Assembly (NCBI RefSeq): GCF_000299365.1
Contig: NC_018655.1
Span: 780,001-812,000 of the forward strand
From: Candidatus Nitrosopumilus koreensis AR1
GTDB taxonomy: Archaea; Thermoproteota; Nitrososphaeria; Nitrososphaerales; Nitrosopumilaceae
Reading direction: 5' to 3'
Length of the DNA: 32,000 nt
Part shown: piece after piece, positions 24,235-32,000 of the stretch
How the letters are laid out: each line of letters opens with the position of its first letter
Numbering within the stretch: position 1 is the stretch's first letter
The notes under the pieces: model-generated
The model's input: only the letters and a program-made list of their open reading frames with translations
What the model was told of the DNA's origin: nothing
Database searches by the model: none
Translations under genes and position numbers: made by a program

Positions 24235-24930
24235 ATGGAAACAATTCCAGAGATTTTTTTGATAAGAATCGGTCTGGCATTAGGAATGCTTGCCATAGGA
24301 GGATTTTTTGATATTTGGAAAAGAGAAGTGCATGATTATCTTTGGATTGTTTTCGGAGTAGCAGGAGCAATATTACTAATTTTTGAACCAAATCAAACAG
24401 ATATAATTTACTCAACACTATTTGCGTTGATCATTGCGCCAATTTCTATACTAATTTGGAGAATGGGATTATTTGGCGGAGCAGATGCTTTTGCATTAAT
24501 TGCACTAGCAGTAATAGCGCCACAAATTACAATTAGTGGAAATATTGTTACACCATTTACGACGTTATCAAATGCTGCAGTATTATTCATAGTTCCATTA
24601 TTAGTAAATGCATTGAGAAATACAATTTCAAAAATTAGAGGAGAGAATATTTTTGAAGGATTTGATGAAACATTACCCAGAAAAATTCTAGCATCATTCT
24701 TAGGATATAGAGCAAAAAATCCAAAATATTGTTTTTCAATTGAGAAAAATGAAGGATCTGTTAAAAAAATAGCATTTTCATTTCACCATGCAGACAATGA
24801 AGAATTTTCAGAAAAACCAAACACATGGGTTACCCCTGGAATCCCATATCTGTTATTAATTATTGGAGGTTTCTTGATTCAATTAGGATATGGAGACATA
24901 ATTCTAATCGGTATGGGTATGGGGCCATAA
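24235..24930 (+). CDS. Prepilin/prearchaellin signal peptidase (peptidase A24, FlaK/PibD type)
   Basis: Polytopic membrane protein with both catalytic-Asp contexts (GGFFDIWKREVHD and LFGGADAFALIALAV). GGTGAT Shine-Dalgarno at 24223-24228, with a TTTTATAG box about 45 nt upstream. Confidence 0.85.
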   Translation: METIPEIFLIRIGLALGMLAIGGFFDIWKREVHDYLWIVFGVAGAILLIFEPNQTDIIYSTLFALIIAPISILIWRMGLFGGADAFALIALAVIAPQITISGNIVTPFTTLSNAAVLFIVPLLVNALRNTISKIRGENIFEGFDETLPRKILASFLGYRAKNPKYCFSIEKNEGSVKKIAFSFHHADNEEFSEKPNTWVTPGIPYLLLIIGGFLIQLGYGDIILIGMGMGP

Positions 24931-25003
24931 TTTTTCATATAATGTATCTGTAATGTGATAATACAGACACGGGCTTAAGACCACCATTCTGTATTAAAAA
25001 AAT

Positions 25004-25954
25004 ATGACAATGGAAGAGGCATTATTAGAAGGATATGTGTTTGATGCAAGACATGCAGAATCAATAGACAAGATCAATAAAATTTTCTCTCAATATGGAT
25101 TAACGCCAAATCAATCTAAAGTATATCTTCATTTAACAAAGGCAGGAGAAAAAACAGCCTCAGAAATATGTAAAAGTTTGAAAATTCCCAGAACAGAAAC
25201 ATATCATCTGTTAAATTCATTAGAGCAAAAAGGAATAATCTATTCAATTTTTGGGAAACCCTCAAAATTCAATTCCATTCCAATAAACGATGCAATGAAT
25301 ATTCTGATAGATAATGAAAAGAAAAGAATTTCAGAATTAGAATCAAAAAAGAAAACAATCATATCATTATGGCAAACACTTCCAGAATTTCATAGTGAAA
25401 AAGCAGAATTGTCTGAGAACAGATTCCAAAGTCTACAAGGACGAAATTCAATTTTAGTAAAAATAGAACAGATGACAAAAACAGCAACAAAGTCAATACA
25501 TGTTTTGGGAACAGAAGCTAATTTTATAAAATTTTACCATACAGATTTTGTAGATTACCTAAAAAACACCAAAGCAGAATTAGGAATAGTTACAACATTT
25601 TCTGAAAAAGGAAATTATGTTTTTGAGGGAATTAATTTAGAACATATAAAAAAATTAGAGGATAGTCATCAAGACAATTTCTCATTTATCATAAAAGATG
25701 AATCAGAAGTATTGTTTTTTGTAAATAACTTAGATGTTGAATTTATGGCAATGTGGACGGATTCAAAATCTTTTGTATCAACATTAGAATCCCTGTTCAA
25801 ATTGATTTGGAGAAAATCAGGACATGTTTTAGAAAAAGAAGATGAGGAATTTGATGAAAAGGAATACGAACACAGACTAAGAGAGATAGAACAAGAAAAA
25901 ATCATTCTAAACTATATCCACAAAAACATTCTTGCAAAAAAGAGGAGAACATAA
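25004..25954 (+). CDS. TrmB-family transcriptional regulator (paralog 2)
   Basis: FSQYGLTPNQSKVYLHLTKAGEKTASEICKSLKIPRTETYHLLNSLEQKGIIYS aligns by eye, residue for residue, with the wHTH of the 9120-9965 protein. The C-terminal domain is also shared (MWTDS motif). It carries an extra acidic/basic tail. Confidence 0.85.
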   Translation: MTMEEALLEGYVFDARHAESIDKINKIFSQYGLTPNQSKVYLHLTKAGEKTASEICKSLKIPRTETYHLLNSLEQKGIIYSIFGKPSKFNSIPINDAMNILIDNEKKRISELESKKKTIISLWQTLPEFHSEKAELSENRFQSLQGRNSILVKIEQMTKTATKSIHVLGTEANFIKFYHTDFVDYLKNTKAELGIVTTFSEKGNYVFEGINLEHIKKLEDSHQDNFSFIIKDESEVLFFVNNLDVEFMAMWTDSKSFVSTLESLFKLIWRKSGHVLEKEDEEFDEKEYEHRLREIEQEKIILNYIHKNILAKKRRT

Positions 25955-26343
25955 TGAGCGACATAATAACTGCAAAAAAAGAACTTAGTATACTAATAAT
26001 TGATGACAATGAGCAGATTACAAAAATGATATCAACATTTTTGAGTCTAAATAGTCACAAATGCACAATTGCAAATCATGCACAAGATGGGCTAGAATAT
26101 ATCATCAAAAACGACTATGATGCAGTCATACTTGATCTCACCATGCCAGACATGGATGGATACGACATATTAGAAAAAATCAAAGAGTCAGACATACGAC
26201 ACAAAGTAATTGTTTTGACAGCATCAAATGTATCTCAAGAAAACATCAAAAAGATAAAACAGACAGGAACAAAAATTATTTTACAAAAACCAGTTGATAT
26301 TGATACCCTATTAGAAAAAATTTACCAAATTGTAGACGTGTAA
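25954..26343 (+). CDS. Stand-alone response-regulator receiver (CheY-like) protein
   Basis: ILIIDDNEQ ... DAVILDLTMPDMDGYDIL ... VIVLTAS ... KP are the canonical REC motifs, including the phospho-acceptor Asp in DLTMPD. There is no output domain. The ATG overlaps the TrmB stop (TAATG). Confidence 0.9.
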   Translation: MSDIITAKKELSILIIDDNEQITKMISTFLSLNSHKCTIANHAQDGLEYIIKNDYDAVILDLTMPDMDGYDILEKIKESDIRHKVIVLTASNVSQENIKKIKQTGTKIILQKPVDIDTLLEKIYQIVDV

Positions 26344-26353
26344 GGGATACAAC

Positions 26354-27439
26354 ATGTTGAAAATTAAACATGTATTGTTTTTGATGTTTGGGGTAACAAG
26401 CTTCATAATTTTCTACATGGGTTTTTTGAACTACATTACAACATCAGATCAGTTAATGGGAACAATAATGTTAGTATTTTCAGGAATTGTGTCCATAGGT
26501 GTATTAATTGGAACATTTTATGTGTCAAGAAAGATAACAAAGCCAATAGAAATAGTCATTGAAAAAATGAATGAATTTTCATCAACAAACAAAGTAGATG
26601 AAAGTTTTATGTCTCATAATGGAATAAAAGAATTACATTTTCTTCATGATAATTTTAAAAACATGACAGGAATGGTATCAGACACAATAAAGAAAGAAAG
26701 GAAATTGAACAAACAACTACAAGAGATGGACAAACGCAAAGTGGAATTCATGTCCATGGTTTCACATGAATTAAAAACACCAATAATGCCAATTTTAGGA
26801 TATGTTCAATTATTAAAAAAAGAAGAGCTGTTGGGAAAATTAAATTCGCAACAACTAGATGCGGTTAATGAAATTGATCTTGCAATTACACGGTTACAAA
26901 AACTTGTTCAAGATGTCTTAACTGTTCAAAAAATAGATTTAGAAAAACTCATCATTACAAATACTCTGATAGATTCAGAGAAAATAGTCAATACTGTTTA
27001 TAACGCATTTTTGCCAATATGCAACATTAGAGGGATCAGACTGGAGAAAAGTATTTCCCAAAATCATAGATTATTCTCAGATCCAGATAGAATCAATCAG
27101 GTATTTTCTAACCTAATATCAAACGCCATGGAATTTCTTCCCAAAGACAATGCACATATAGAAATCGGAGCACGTGATGAAAATAACAAAGTATTGTTTT
27201 TTGTAAAAGATAATGGCATGGGAATTTCCAAAGAAGAACAAAAAAATATTTTCAAAAAATTTTATCAAATAGATGCGACATCAAAGAGAAAAAAAGAAGG
27301 AAGCGGTTTAGGGCTAGCTATATGTGAAGGGATCGTGAAAAAGCTAGGTGGAAAAATTGGAGTAAAAAGTGACATTGAAAAAGGAACTATGTTTTACTTT
27401 ACATTGCCAAAAGAAGAGATTCCACTACAAAATTTCTAA
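26354..27439 (+). CDS. Membrane-bound sensor histidine kinase
   Basis: Two N-terminal transmembrane helices with a very short external loop. H-box FMSMVSHELKTPI, N-box NLISNAMEF, G boxes VKDNGMGIS and GSGLGLAICEGIV. Confidence 0.9.
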   Translation: MLKIKHVLFLMFGVTSFIIFYMGFLNYITTSDQLMGTIMLVFSGIVSIGVLIGTFYVSRKITKPIEIVIEKMNEFSSTNKVDESFMSHNGIKELHFLHDNFKNMTGMVSDTIKKERKLNKQLQEMDKRKVEFMSMVSHELKTPIMPILGYVQLLKKEELLGKLNSQQLDAVNEIDLAITRLQKLVQDVLTVQKIDLEKLIITNTLIDSEKIVNTVYNAFLPICNIRGIRLEKSISQNHRLFSDPDRINQVFSNLISNAMEFLPKDNAHIEIGARDENNKVLFFVKDNGMGISKEEQKNIFKKFYQIDATSKRKKEGSGLGLAICEGIVKKLGGKIGVKSDIEKGTMFYFTLPKEEIPLQNF

Positions 27440-27514
27440 TTTTAATAAAACTTACTATGTTTAAACATGGAAAAATCGTACGCGTGTTTTAAATGAAAAA
27501 ATGATAATTCATCA

Positions 27515-28096
27515 TTGTTGAGAAAACCAGTAAACATTGCAATCATGTTAGTGCTTTTTTCAATAATCACTGCCTTAAACATTGATCAATCTTTTGCAGA
27601 TTCAATTGACAATTTGGCAGATTTTGTCGATCCAAACAAAGATCCTCAATATTATTTGGATAGATATTACAATGAACCAAAATACAAATCATGGTTTGAC
27701 AAAAACTACCCTGATATTACCATAGAAGCTGCAGTAGGAATAAACAATGAAGAAAACACAATAGATTCAATTTTAGAAAAAAAGATAATTCAGGAAGCTG
27801 ATGCAGCCCTAGTTCATCAAGATACAACACAAAAAAATAATTCAGAGACTGCACAAATGATTCTTGCAATAGGAGGATTAGGAATACTTTTTGGAGCAGT
27901 ATATGGAGTAAAGAAAAAAGTCAACGACAATACAAGACAGATTTCTATCAACAAAGAAACCATAAAAAACAGAATCATAAAACCAATTACAAGATCAAAC
28001 CCACTTGAAATAATTCAAATTAGATTGGCAAAAGGGGAAATAACAATAGAAGAGTTTGAAAGATTAGAGAGTAAACTGAGTAAAAATACTAGGTAG
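27515..28096 (+). CDS. Secreted/membrane protein with C-terminal SHOCT domain
   Basis: TTG start. Signal-like VNIAIMLVLFSIITALNIDQSFA, a central transmembrane helix MILAIGGLGILFGAVYGV, and a C-terminal RLAKGEITIEEFERLESKL (SHOCT motif). Confidence 0.68.
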   Translation: MLRKPVNIAIMLVLFSIITALNIDQSFADSIDNLADFVDPNKDPQYYLDRYYNEPKYKSWFDKNYPDITIEAAVGINNEENTIDSILEKKIIQEADAALVHQDTTQKNNSETAQMILAIGGLGILFGAVYGVKKKVNDNTRQISINKETIKNRIIKPITRSNPLEIIQIRLAKGEITIEEFERLESKLSKNTR

Positions 28097-29441
28097 TTAT
28101 TCCCAAATGTTTCTTTGAAGATTCTCCAATCTTGCCACTTTTAAGAGATTCAAAGAATGTTTCAATCATTTTAATTCCTGAAACTATCTTAGGGGCATTA
28201 TTTTCTACAAATGTTATTTTTTCAGAGGGAGTTTTTGGTTTTTGTTCTTGATAATTTTTGTATACTTTGGTACCATCATAATCTACATATGCAATTCTAG
28301 CACTGAAATCTGTTCTCTCTAAAACTAAACTATCGCCACCAACTATGGCTGTGTGATAAGGATGAACTATTAGTGATTCTGAAAGTTTTTGAGAAGTGTT
28401 AATTTTTGCAGCATCTAAATCAGGAGCATAGTAATTAAAATCAGCTAAGAGATAAAATGTTGCATCAGGTTTGGTTGCTTTTACACCATGAATTGCAGAT
28501 AATGCATCATATGAATACTCTCCCATAATTTTATGAATATTTCGAGTAATCTCAAAATACTCATTCATCTCATCACTAATTTCAAATCCAGAAATTGCTG
28601 CATTTTGTATTGGTGTAGATACAGCAGTAAACTCTGTTGCAAGAATTTTTTTAAATTGGATTTTAAGATCAATGGCATGTTGTGGAAAAATAACATAACC
28701 CAAACGATATCCGCCAGCTGCATGTGATTTAGATAACCCATTTGTCACAAATGTTCCTTCAGGATAGATTTTTCCCATACTAACAAATTTTGAAAAATCA
28801 TAAGTTGTTTGGGCGTAGATCTCATCAGAAATTACGCAAATATTTTGCTCTCTGCACACATCAGCAATTTCTTCTAATTCTAATTTGTCATATAATAGAC
28901 CTGTAGGGTTGTTGGGGTTGTTTAAAATCAGAATTTTTTGTCTATCTTGTAATCTAAGGGCAAGTTTTCTTAAATCACTTGGAGAAATTTTTCTATTAGC
29001 ACGAGTTGGAAGCATATGATAATTTTTCTTCAAGAAACGAATTTGCGGCAAATACCCCAGCCATGCAGGGGTTGGCAGAATAACAGTTCCATGCAATATT
29101 TCTAATAAATTAAAAATCAGTTCTTTTGTACCAGGGCCAATGTAAATTCTCTGAGGGTCAACATCCATTCCAAAATAATGTTTGTTGTATTTTGAAATAG
29201 CATTACGTAATTCAGGTAAACCTGACACAGCAGCATATGCACCTTTAGATGCACTAGCAATCAAAGCATCTTGTATTTTTTGAGGTACTGGGAAAGGAGA
29301 TTGGCCAAAAGCAAAACCGTAATATCCAAAACTGCATTCAGGATGAGGGCAATTTGAGTGAAATTCTTGTAAAAATGTATTTAATTTGAGATTTTCAGGC
29401 ATCTCAATGTCTTCAACTTGTTGGTCAACAATGAATTTCAT
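28089..29441 (-). CDS. Class I/II pyridoxal-phosphate-dependent aminotransferase
   Basis: ILNNPNNPTG, SDEIYAQ and the PLP-lysine context NGLSKSHAAGGYRLGY are signature motifs of the aspartate/aromatic aminotransferase fold type I. Confidence 0.87.
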   Translation of the reverse strand: MKFIVDQQVEDIEMPENLKLNTFLQEFHSNCPHPECSFGYYGFAFGQSPFPVPQKIQDALIASASKGAYAAVSGLPELRNAISKYNKHYFGMDVDPQRIYIGPGTKELIFNLLEILHGTVILPTPAWLGYLPQIRFLKKNYHMLPTRANRKISPSDLRKLALRLQDRQKILILNNPNNPTGLLYDKLELEEIADVCREQNICVISDEIYAQTTYDFSKFVSMGKIYPEGTFVTNGLSKSHAAGGYRLGYVIFPQHAIDLKIQFKKILATEFTAVSTPIQNAAISGFEISDEMNEYFEITRNIHKIMGEYSYDALSAIHGVKATKPDATFYLLADFNYYAPDLDAAKINTSQKLSESLIVHPYHTAIVGGDSLVLERTDFSARIAYVDYDGTKVYKNYQEQKPKTPSEKITFVENNAPKIVSGIKMIETFFESLKSGKIGESSKKHLGITT

Positions 29442-29511
29442 TACTATTAGTTATTTTGAAGGGATTAAGACATTATGCGTAAAATAGAGGATATCAAAAA
29501 GTGAGATTTTA

Positions 29512-31437
29512 TCAACCTAGTTTGGAAACTTCATCCAAAATCTGAGGGTTTTCAAGAGAGGACAAATCTCCTAGATCATTTCCAAGTAATTTGGATTTTA
29601 ACAGCCGACGCATAATTTTACCTGTTCTAGTTTTTGGTAAATCAGATAATTGAAAAACAAATTTGGGTTTTGCTAATTTGCCAATTTTTTCACTTATAAA
29701 ATCAGACACTTCAGATTCCAAACCAAAATCATTTTTGTTATCTGTTACAAAAAAAACAACAATTGCCTCTCCAGTTAAATCATCAGGAATTGCAACCGAT
29801 GCAGCATCAGAAATTTTTTCATGAGACATCACAGTATGTTCAATTTCGGCAGTACTCATACGATGACCAGAAACGTTGATGACGTCATCAGTTCTTCCCC
29901 GCATATACCAGAGATTATCATTATCAACAAAAACATAATCTCCATGAAACCAAATATTTTCAAACCTAGACCAATATGTTTCAAGGAATCGTTTATTGTC
30001 ATTTAATAATCCTCTGGTCATTCCTGGCCAAGGAGATCGTATGATTAAATAACCATTTTTGTTTTTGACAGAATTCCCATCATCATCTACCACATCAAGA
30101 TCTATCCCAGGAACTGGAATGCCAACAGTAGAGGGTTTTAATTTCATTCCAGGAAAAACAGACAACATTGCACCACCTATCTCAGTACCCCCAGACAGAT
30201 TCATAATCGGGATTTTTTTATTTCCAACTTTTTCAAACAGCCACCACCAAGAATCTTCATCAAGAGGTTCTCCAGTTGTAGGTATGTTCTTGATTTTGTC
30301 AAGTGAGAAATTTTTTAATGGTTCTTCATTATTTTTTTTAAACAGTCTTGTTGCAGTAGGAGATATGCCAAAAATTGTTGCATTATAATTTGAAAGAATC
30401 TTCCACACTCTGTCAGAACTTGGAAAATCTAATGCCCCATCATATATCACAGAACTAGCACCCATAATCAGCAAGCCATAAACATTCCACACCAGACCTG
30501 TTATCCACCCAATGTCTGCTGGCCAAAACAACACATCTTGTGCCTGCAAGTCAATAAGATATGCTGCCTGATGACCAGCAAATACAGAAAAACCCCCATG
30601 AACATGTACAACCCCCTTGGGTTTTCCAGTAGTTCCAGAGGTGTATAAAATAAAGAGTGAATCTTCAGAATCCATTACTTCAGTGTGGCAAACCGAATCT
30701 TGAGATTCGGTCAGTTCATCATAAAAAACAATATTTTCAGATTTTTCATATTTGTCAATTCCTTTGTAGTTTACCACAATTGTTTTTTCAACCTTAGTTT
30801 GCAAAATTGCATTTTCCATAGGTTCTTTTTGAGAAATTGGTTTTCCTTTTCTCACAAAGCCATCTGAAACAAAAAGAATTTTTGCATTACAATCTTGCAA
30901 TCTAACATGTAATGATTCAGTACTATATCCTGAAAAAATTACAGTTTGTATTGCTCCGATTTTGGCAGATGCTAAAATTGCCAAAATTGCCTCTTCAATC
31001 ATTGGAAGATAAATCGCTACAACATCACCCCTTCCCACACCAAGAGATTTTAAGCCATTAGCAAGTTTTGAAACTTTTTCATCTAGTTGCAAGTAAGATA
31101 ATTCTGAAGTGGCCTCATCTTCTGAAATAAAATAATACGCAATTTTATTTGGAGTTGTTTTTGCAAATTTTTCAACAGTTGATTTGTAGATATTTGTTTT
31201 ACCATTTACAAACCATTTTGAATGTGCGATTCCTTTTGAAGAATCAAGTATTTTCTCATATGGAGAATCCCAAACAACCCCAATATCCTTATCAACTTCA
31301 CTCCAAAACCATTCCAATTCATTTTTTGCTTTATTTGACAGTTCAGTTAATGATGAAATTCCATGTTTCTGCATAAAATGAAAGATGTTAGATTCTTCAA
31401 CTTGTTTTTGTGTTGGTATGAATTCAAAATCAGACAA
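29512..31437 (-). CDS. acs: AMP-forming acetyl-CoA/acyl-CoA synthetase
   Basis: TTG start. 641 aa. AMP-binding motifs LYTSGTTGKPKGV, GWITG, YWSRF...FHGDY...GRTDDVINVSGHR and PKTRTGKIMRR match Acs-type enzymes. Substrate not determinable from sequence. Confidence 0.85.
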   Translation of the reverse strand: MSDFEFIPTQKQVEESNIFHFMQKHGISSLTELSNKAKNELEWFWSEVDKDIGVVWDSPYEKILDSSKGIAHSKWFVNGKTNIYKSTVEKFAKTTPNKIAYYFISEDEATSELSYLQLDEKVSKLANGLKSLGVGRGDVVAIYLPMIEEAILAILASAKIGAIQTVIFSGYSTESLHVRLQDCNAKILFVSDGFVRKGKPISQKEPMENAILQTKVEKTIVVNYKGIDKYEKSENIVFYDELTESQDSVCHTEVMDSEDSLFILYTSGTTGKPKGVVHVHGGFSVFAGHQAAYLIDLQAQDVLFWPADIGWITGLVWNVYGLLIMGASSVIYDGALDFPSSDRVWKILSNYNATIFGISPTATRLFKKNNEEPLKNFSLDKIKNIPTTGEPLDEDSWWWLFEKVGNKKIPIMNLSGGTEIGGAMLSVFPGMKLKPSTVGIPVPGIDLDVVDDDGNSVKNKNGYLIIRSPWPGMTRGLLNDNKRFLETYWSRFENIWFHGDYVFVDNDNLWYMRGRTDDVINVSGHRMSTAEIEHTVMSHEKISDAASVAIPDDLTGEAIVVFFVTDNKNDFGLESEVSDFISEKIGKLAKPKFVFQLSDLPKTRTGKIMRRLLKSKLLGNDLGDLSSLENPQILDEVSKLG

Positions 31438-31480
31438 GATTCAATTTTTACAATAAAACAGACTGTAAAAAGATTTTAGA

Positions 31481-31744
31481 TTAAGAAATATCAATTCCGA
31501 GACGTCTGGCACAGGCAATTGCTGCTTTTCCATGATCTTCAGTGATTCCAAATTTTTGAAGTTCTTTAGTTATTTTTGTCCCAGAGAACAAGGTATTTTC
31601 ATAATAATATTGGCGCAAAATCACGCCTACATGTTCATCTAACCTCTTACGAGTGGCATCATTCATGCCTGCTTGAAGTATCGTAGCATCAGATGTTGCC
31701 AAGATTTTGATAAATTCTATATCCTCAAGTGAAATCTCAGACAT
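31481..31744 (-). CDS. Hypothetical small protein, likely co-transcribed with gatB
   Basis: 87-codon ORF. Its ATG (31742-31744) lies 2 nt after the upstream stop (31747-31749). No motif recognised. Confidence 0.5.
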   Translation of the reverse strand: MSEISLEDIEFIKILATSDATILQAGMNDATRKRLDEHVGVILRQYYYENTLFSGTKITKELQKFGITEDHGKAAIACARRLGIDIS

Positions 31745-31746
31745 GC

Positions 31747-32000
31747 CTATCCAATCTGTTTTTTTAACAAATCCAATGTAAGTTGAGGATCTGCCTTTCC
31801 TTTTGTTTTTTGCATGACTTTTCCTACAAGATAATTTATTGTCTGGGGATTTGATTTTGCTTGTTCTACTGCCTGTGATTCCTCAGAAATCACATCTTTA
31901 ATGATTGTAATTAATTCAGATTCGTCAGAAACATTTCCTAAATCTAAATCAGATATTACTTGTGAAAGTTCTTTTCCAGTTTTTACAATTTCATGTAATG
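31747..32000 (-). CDS. gatB: Asp/Glu-tRNA amidotransferase subunit B, C-terminal fragment (5' end outside window)
   Basis: Not in the ORF track because it has no start. My own translation of the minus strand ends ...SNPQTINYLVGKVMQKTKGKADPQLTLDLLKKQIG*. This is the conserved GatB/YqeY C-terminal domain motif. Confidence 0.78.
   Translation of the reverse strand, partial: LHEIVKTGKELSQVISDLDLGNVSDESELITIIKDVISEESQAVEQAKSNPQTINYLVGKVMQKTKGKADPQLTLDLLKKQIG

Noticed and set aside
23843-24418. Full-length 191-codon minus-strand ORF
   Set aside because: Its 5' half overlaps the promoter and the first 60 codons of the well-supported A24 peptidase gene, and it reads as low-complexity L/K/S/F sequence typical of AT-rich shadow frames. 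Only the 3' 87 codons (from the ATG at 24106) are kept, as a low-confidence call.

Overview
Visibly AT-rich archaeal chromosome segment. Class III (type IV pilin) signal peptides, a FlaK/PibD-type peptidase, TATA-like boxes about 26-30 nt upstream of several ATGs, and many TrmB, KaiC-like and stand-alone RAM-domain regulators fit a low-GC thaumarchaeon of the Nitrosopumilus type. That placement is inference; no search was run. All functional calls come from reading motifs in the supplied translations, not from database hits. The flanks (1-8.3 kb and 27.5-32 kb) are ordinary. They hold a partial class III nucleotide cyclase, a VOC/glyoxalase protein, two coupled RAM-domain genes, a lysine-rich repeat protein, tRNA-Phe(GAA), a TPR protein and a PduO-type adenosyltransferase. 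They also hold an HD phosphohydrolase, a LOR/SDH-domain protein, a SHOCT membrane protein, a class I/II aminotransferase, an AMP-forming acyl/acetyl-CoA synthetase and the 3' end of gatB. The centre (about 8.3-27.4 kb) is an accessory-looking surface-structure locus. A leftward operon encodes a 150-aa pilin, an 828-aa pilin with a LamG-type lectin domain, and three unknown proteins. The divergent rightward operon encodes an AAA_5 (MoxR/NorQ-type) ATPase, a vWA (NorD/CbbO-type) protein, and a 209-aa major-pilin gene that appears to have its own promoter and terminator. It continues with an ArlI/PilB-type ATPase, an ArlJ/TadC-type platform protein, an 870-aa Ig-repeat surface protein and a prepilin peptidase. 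Two paralogous TrmB regulators bracket the locus. A KaiC-like ATPase sits on one side and a receiver plus histidine kinase pair is coupled to the TrmB on the other. The points most worth follow-up are the MoxR/vWA pair embedded in a pilus operon and the giant LamG pilin. Two others follow: the platform gene lacks a canonical in-frame start and is one nucleotide off an ATG across an A5 run, and two sets of shared promoter-proximal motifs are present.
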